Source: Longimicrobiales bacterium
Lineage (GTDB): Bacteria; Gemmatimonadota; Gemmatimonadetes; Longimicrobiales; Gaopeijiaceae
DNA: 64,000 nucleotides
Assembly (NCBI GenBank): GCA_965219445.1
Contig: CBDCNQ010000002.1
Span: forward strand, 640,001 to 704,000
Direction of reading: 5' to 3'
Made by a program: the position numbers and the translations under genes. A model generated the notes under the pieces. It was not told the DNA's origin. It saw only the letters and a list, made by a program, of their open reading frames with translations, and made no database searches. Each line of letters begins with the position of its first letter. The first letter of the stretch is position 1. Of this stretch, positions 60,569 to 64,000 are shown piece by piece.

Positions 60569-61453
60569 TCAGGCGAGGTCGAGGAAGTCGAGCATGCTCG
60601 CGTTGACGTCGTCGGCCACGTCCACCTGCACCCAGTGAGAGGCGTCGGGGAAGCGCATGAGGAGACAGTCGGGGACCCACTCCGCCGGCGGTTTGGCCAA
60701 GTGTGGTCCCAGGTAGGCGTCCTGCTCACCCCAGAGGACCAGCACCGGTCGCTCGATGACCTTCGGAGGGGGCGAGCGTCCCATGAGCGTGTCACGGAAC
60801 CCCGCACGATAGTAATTGACTGCGGCGGAGAGAGCACCGGGCTGCTGCAGCGCTTCCATGTAGCGGCGAATGTCCTCTTCGCTGAAGGCCATGGGGTTCA
60901 CCGGGTCGTTCCGGAAGATGCGGCGGAAGGCGTAGAAGCCGGTGATCTTGGTGACGAGCTCGACCATCCACGGGACCTGGAAGGCGAACACGTACCAGCT
61001 CTTGAGAAACTGCCACCCCTGGAAGAAGCGCGACCGGAAGGCCACCGGGTGGGGGACGTTCATGATCACGAGCTTGACGAGGAGCTCCGGGTACTCCTGG
61101 GCGAAGAGCCAGGCGACCACCGCGCCCCAGTCGTGCCCACCGACGACGGCGCTCTCGTGGCCCAGGTGGCGAATCAGCGCCGCTACGTCGCCGGTCAGCT
61201 TCGGGGTCCGGTAGGCGGGAACGCCGGCGGGCTTCTCCGAGAGGTTGTAGCCGCGCATATCCGGAGCCACGACCCGGTAGCCGGCGTCGGCCAGAGGACC
61301 CATCTGGTGACGCCAGGAATACCAGAACTCGGGGAAGCCGTGGAGCAGGACAACGAGGGGGCCGTCCTCCGGACCCATGGCCGCGTAGTGAAGGCGCACC
61401 TCCGGCAGCTTCGCCTCGTGGTGCTCGACCCGGCTCTCGTCCCAGTCGCTCAT
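60569..61453 (-). CDS. Epoxide hydrolase-like alpha/beta hydrolase
   Basis: HGFPEFWYSWRHQ, PDMRGYNLS, GHDWG Asp nucleophile, NYYRA, SHWV. Confidence 0.92.
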   Translation of the reverse strand: MSDWDESRVEHHEAKLPEVRLHYAAMGPEDGPLVVLLHGFPEFWYSWRHQMGPLADAGYRVVAPDMRGYNLSEKPAGVPAYRTPKLTGDVAALIRHLGHESAVVGGHDWGAVVAWLFAQEYPELLVKLVIMNVPHPVAFRSRFFQGWQFLKSWYVFAFQVPWMVELVTKITGFYAFRRIFRNDPVNPMAFSEEDIRRYMEALQQPGALSAAVNYYRAGFRDTLMGRSPPPKVIERPVLVLWGEQDAYLGPHLAKPPAEWVPDCLLMRFPDASHWVQVDVADDVNASMLDFLDLA

Positions 61454-62045
61454 GGCCCCATCATACCCGTATAGAACATCACGGCAACAAGGCGGCGTCG
61501 GCGTTCCTCGGTCATTTCCGGAAGATGCGGAACGATCCGGCAGACCGCGAGTCAGCTACGGGTTACCGCAAGCTCAAGCGTCTGGAAGCAGACGAAATCT
61601 CAGTACTGCAATCAAACGGAGGGGGCGGGATTCACCTCCCTTTGGTCGGTGGGCTCGTCGGTTCACCCGAAGGTCTTCGAGGACGACGTGCTCCTCGGCT
61701 GAGCTGCGGTCGGCGCTTCGCGGGGATGATCGCGAACACGGCGATTATCGGTCGCTGCCTTTGCAAAGTTAGACGTACCCCCTGCAAAGAGGATCTAGGG
61801 AGTCGGCGTTTCGGTCTCCCTAGAATCATCGACTTGATGTCCCGAACGGACCCCACCGGCAAGGCCTGCAGCGATAGTCTTCCTTGGCCCGCGGGTGGCA
61901 TTTGGCGCTGCAAGCAGCCCCGGACACTGACCGGACCCAGGGACGTACCCTGGACGTGGGTCGGCCTGGGCACCATTATGACGCCCCAAGCTCTGCACCG
62001 TTCATCGGGGCCGCCGCGCGGCCTCATGCCCTATGGAGGAAACTG

Positions 62046-63233
62046 ATGAAAGGGAAGCCCGTTTTCGCGATCACTCTGCTCGCATTCGTACTGGCGCTCG
62101 CCGTGGGCCAGATCCTCCTCCAGGAGAGAGTCGAGGCGGTGCAGCAGTACATGGTCGAAGCGCCCCTGTTCGAGGTCGATCCCTTCTGGCCCAAACCGCT
62201 TCCGAACCACTGGGTCCTGGGCAACGTGATTGGTGTGGGCATCGATTCGCGTGACCACGTCTTCATCGTCCACCGCCGGGACGCGCTGAATCCGGGGAAC
62301 GAGGGAAACGTGGGGCCGGATCAGCCGGACGCCATGTGTTGTGAAGCGGCTCCCAACGTGCTGGAGTTCGATGTGGAGGGGAATCTGGTGAATCACTTCG
62401 GTGGGCCGGGCGGCCAGTACACCTGGCCGGCATCGAATCACGGTCTTCAGGTGGACCCCATGGACAACATCTGGATCGGCGGGAACGGCCAGGGCGATTC
62501 CCACATTCTCAAGTTCACGCGGGACGGCCGTTTCCTGATGCAGGTGGGGGACCCCGGACAGGGAGTTGACTCCAACAGCAGGTCGCACTTCTCTCGGGTG
62601 ACGAAGGTCTCCTTCGACCAGAACGGCGACGAGGCCTTCGTCGGGGACGGATACGGAAACAAGCGAGTCGTCGTCCTGGACGCCGACACCGGCGAATTCC
62701 TGCGTTACTGGGGTGCCTATGGCAATAGGCCGGACGACGCGGATCTGGGCTCCTTCGATCCGGATGCGCGGCCGGCCCAGCAGTTCCGTGGACCGGTCCA
62801 CTGCGCGGAGCCCTCCCATGACGGCCTCGTCTACGTCTGCGACCGGACGAGCAATCGTCTCCAGGTCTTCCAACAGGACGGAACCTTCGTCGAGGAGGTC
62901 TTCATCGAGCCCAGGACGCTAGGCGCCGGCTCCACCTGGGAGATTGCCTTCTCGCGAGACGACGACCAGCGCTTCATGTACGTGGCCGACGGCCAGAACC
63001 GGAAGGTCCACGTGATGGACCGGGAGAGCCTCGAAGTGCTGTACACCTTCGGTGATGGTGGCCGCCAGCCAGGACAGTTTTACGGCGTGCATAGCATCGA
63101 GACGGACTCGCAAGGCAACCTATACACCACCGAGACCTGGGAAGGGAAGCGCCTCCAAAAGTTCGTCTACCGAGGGATGGGCAGGGTCGAAAGAGGGTCG
63201 GATCAGGGCGTGCCCTGGCCCACGGACCAGTGA
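62046..63233 (+). CDS. Secreted NHL-repeat PAL family protein, full catalytic set
   Basis: SNHGL, GDGYGNKRV, PVHCA, CDRTSNRLQ, GVHSI; RBS GGAGG. Confidence 0.85.
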   Translation: MKGKPVFAITLLAFVLALAVGQILLQERVEAVQQYMVEAPLFEVDPFWPKPLPNHWVLGNVIGVGIDSRDHVFIVHRRDALNPGNEGNVGPDQPDAMCCEAAPNVLEFDVEGNLVNHFGGPGGQYTWPASNHGLQVDPMDNIWIGGNGQGDSHILKFTRDGRFLMQVGDPGQGVDSNSRSHFSRVTKVSFDQNGDEAFVGDGYGNKRVVVLDADTGEFLRYWGAYGNRPDDADLGSFDPDARPAQQFRGPVHCAEPSHDGLVYVCDRTSNRLQVFQQDGTFVEEVFIEPRTLGAGSTWEIAFSRDDDQRFMYVADGQNRKVHVMDRESLEVLYTFGDGGRQPGQFYGVHSIETDSQGNLYTTETWEGKRLQKFVYRGMGRVERGSDQGVPWPTDQ

Positions 63234-63411
63234 CGGAAATCGGTTGACGGAAATCGGTTTGACCGGAACAGGCCTCAGCGGCTCCAAGGCGAACCGCATG
63301 CGGCGCTCGACCTCCGTCATGCCGGGCCATGGCGTTGCCCCTTGGGGGTGGGCCACGCCTTCGTAGCAGTCTCGACACGAGCCAGGGATCGAGCCTTGAA
63401 GGGAGGACCGC

Positions 63412-63612
63412 CACGTCTGTGTCATCGACGGCGTGTTCTGCGAGGATCCCCCGGGCTCCGTCCAGTTCTACGAGGCCACCCATCTCACCGCCTTCGACTG
63501 GGACCAGCTCCAGCACACCGTGGGCCACCGCGTGCTCCGTTACTTCCACCGCCACGGTCTGCTCGAACGCTACGTCACCGAGGACATGCGCACCTGGCAG
63601 GCCTCCGGCTCA
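63412..63612 (+). mobile_element. IS91-like transposase internal fragment
   Basis: HVCVIDGVF...VQFYEATHL...RVLRYFHRHGLLE...W resembles the region after the HUH motif of IS91/Y2 transposases. Confidence 0.6.
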
Positions 63613-63692
63613 TCCGAGAGCGGACCGGTAGGCGCAAGCAGATGCCCAGAATCGTGTTCTAAGCGTCTTCGGGGTTTATGCGGTGTTCTGGG

Positions 63693-63869
63693 CTAGGGTG
63701 GAGCGTCCTCGTGGCCGGAGTCGTGGAGTGGAAGGATGTTGGGGTGCTGGAGGTTTGCAGTGGTCTTGATCTCGGCCAGGAAGCGTTCGGCTCCCACGAC
63801 TGCTGCGAGTTCCGGCTTCAGGACCTTCAGCGCGACCTTGGGCTCGTGCTTCAGTTCGTCGGCCAAGTA
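63693..63869 (-). pseudogene. N-lobe fragment of a paralogous Ser/Thr kinase
   Basis: YLADELKHEPKVALKVLKPELAAVVGAERFLAEIKTTANLQHPNILPLHDSG, nearly identical to the kinase starting at 56950. Confidence 0.85.
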
Positions 63870-64000
63870 GCAAGGAGACCCGGGAGGGGGAGGGGTCCCC
63901 CGGGGCGTGGTCCGCTGGTCCGGGAATCTCCGGGCCTGGCCAATGGTTGTGCGAGAACGGACGCCTTATGTTGAGCGGCGCGGGCACAACCTGTCGGAGC

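Overview
High-GC bacterial DNA. The SusC/SusD pair, DUF5916 proteins and the Ser/Thr kinase-TolB family suggest Gemmatimonadota (inference only). A housekeeping-type organic-acid cluster (class V aminotransferase, TRAP dctPQM, enoyl-CoA hydratase, CaiB CoA-transferase, FAD/FeS oxidoreductase) is interleaved with a large accessory region of exported redox proteins. Main candidate system: four secreted cytochrome c / copper type II monooxygenase (PHM-like) fusions with all six PHM Cu ligands, three of them recently triplicated with clustered amino-acid changes; three copies of an unknown HCCWT partner; and five NHL beta-propellers, two with the full PAL catalytic set. Together with a neighbouring amidase, amidohydrolase and putative glyoxylate enzymes, this looks like a periplasmic bacterial PHM+PAL (PAM-like) pathway. 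Second highlight: a truncated IS110/IS1111 element inside a kinase-TolB pseudogene, whose 3' non-coding region has bridge/seekRNA-like guides matching its own insertion site and end, with six copies of a 10-bp end unit. Many intergenic gene-end relics record duplication and deletion. No rRNA, tRNA or CRISPR array was seen. All calls come from manual motif reading; no database searches were run.
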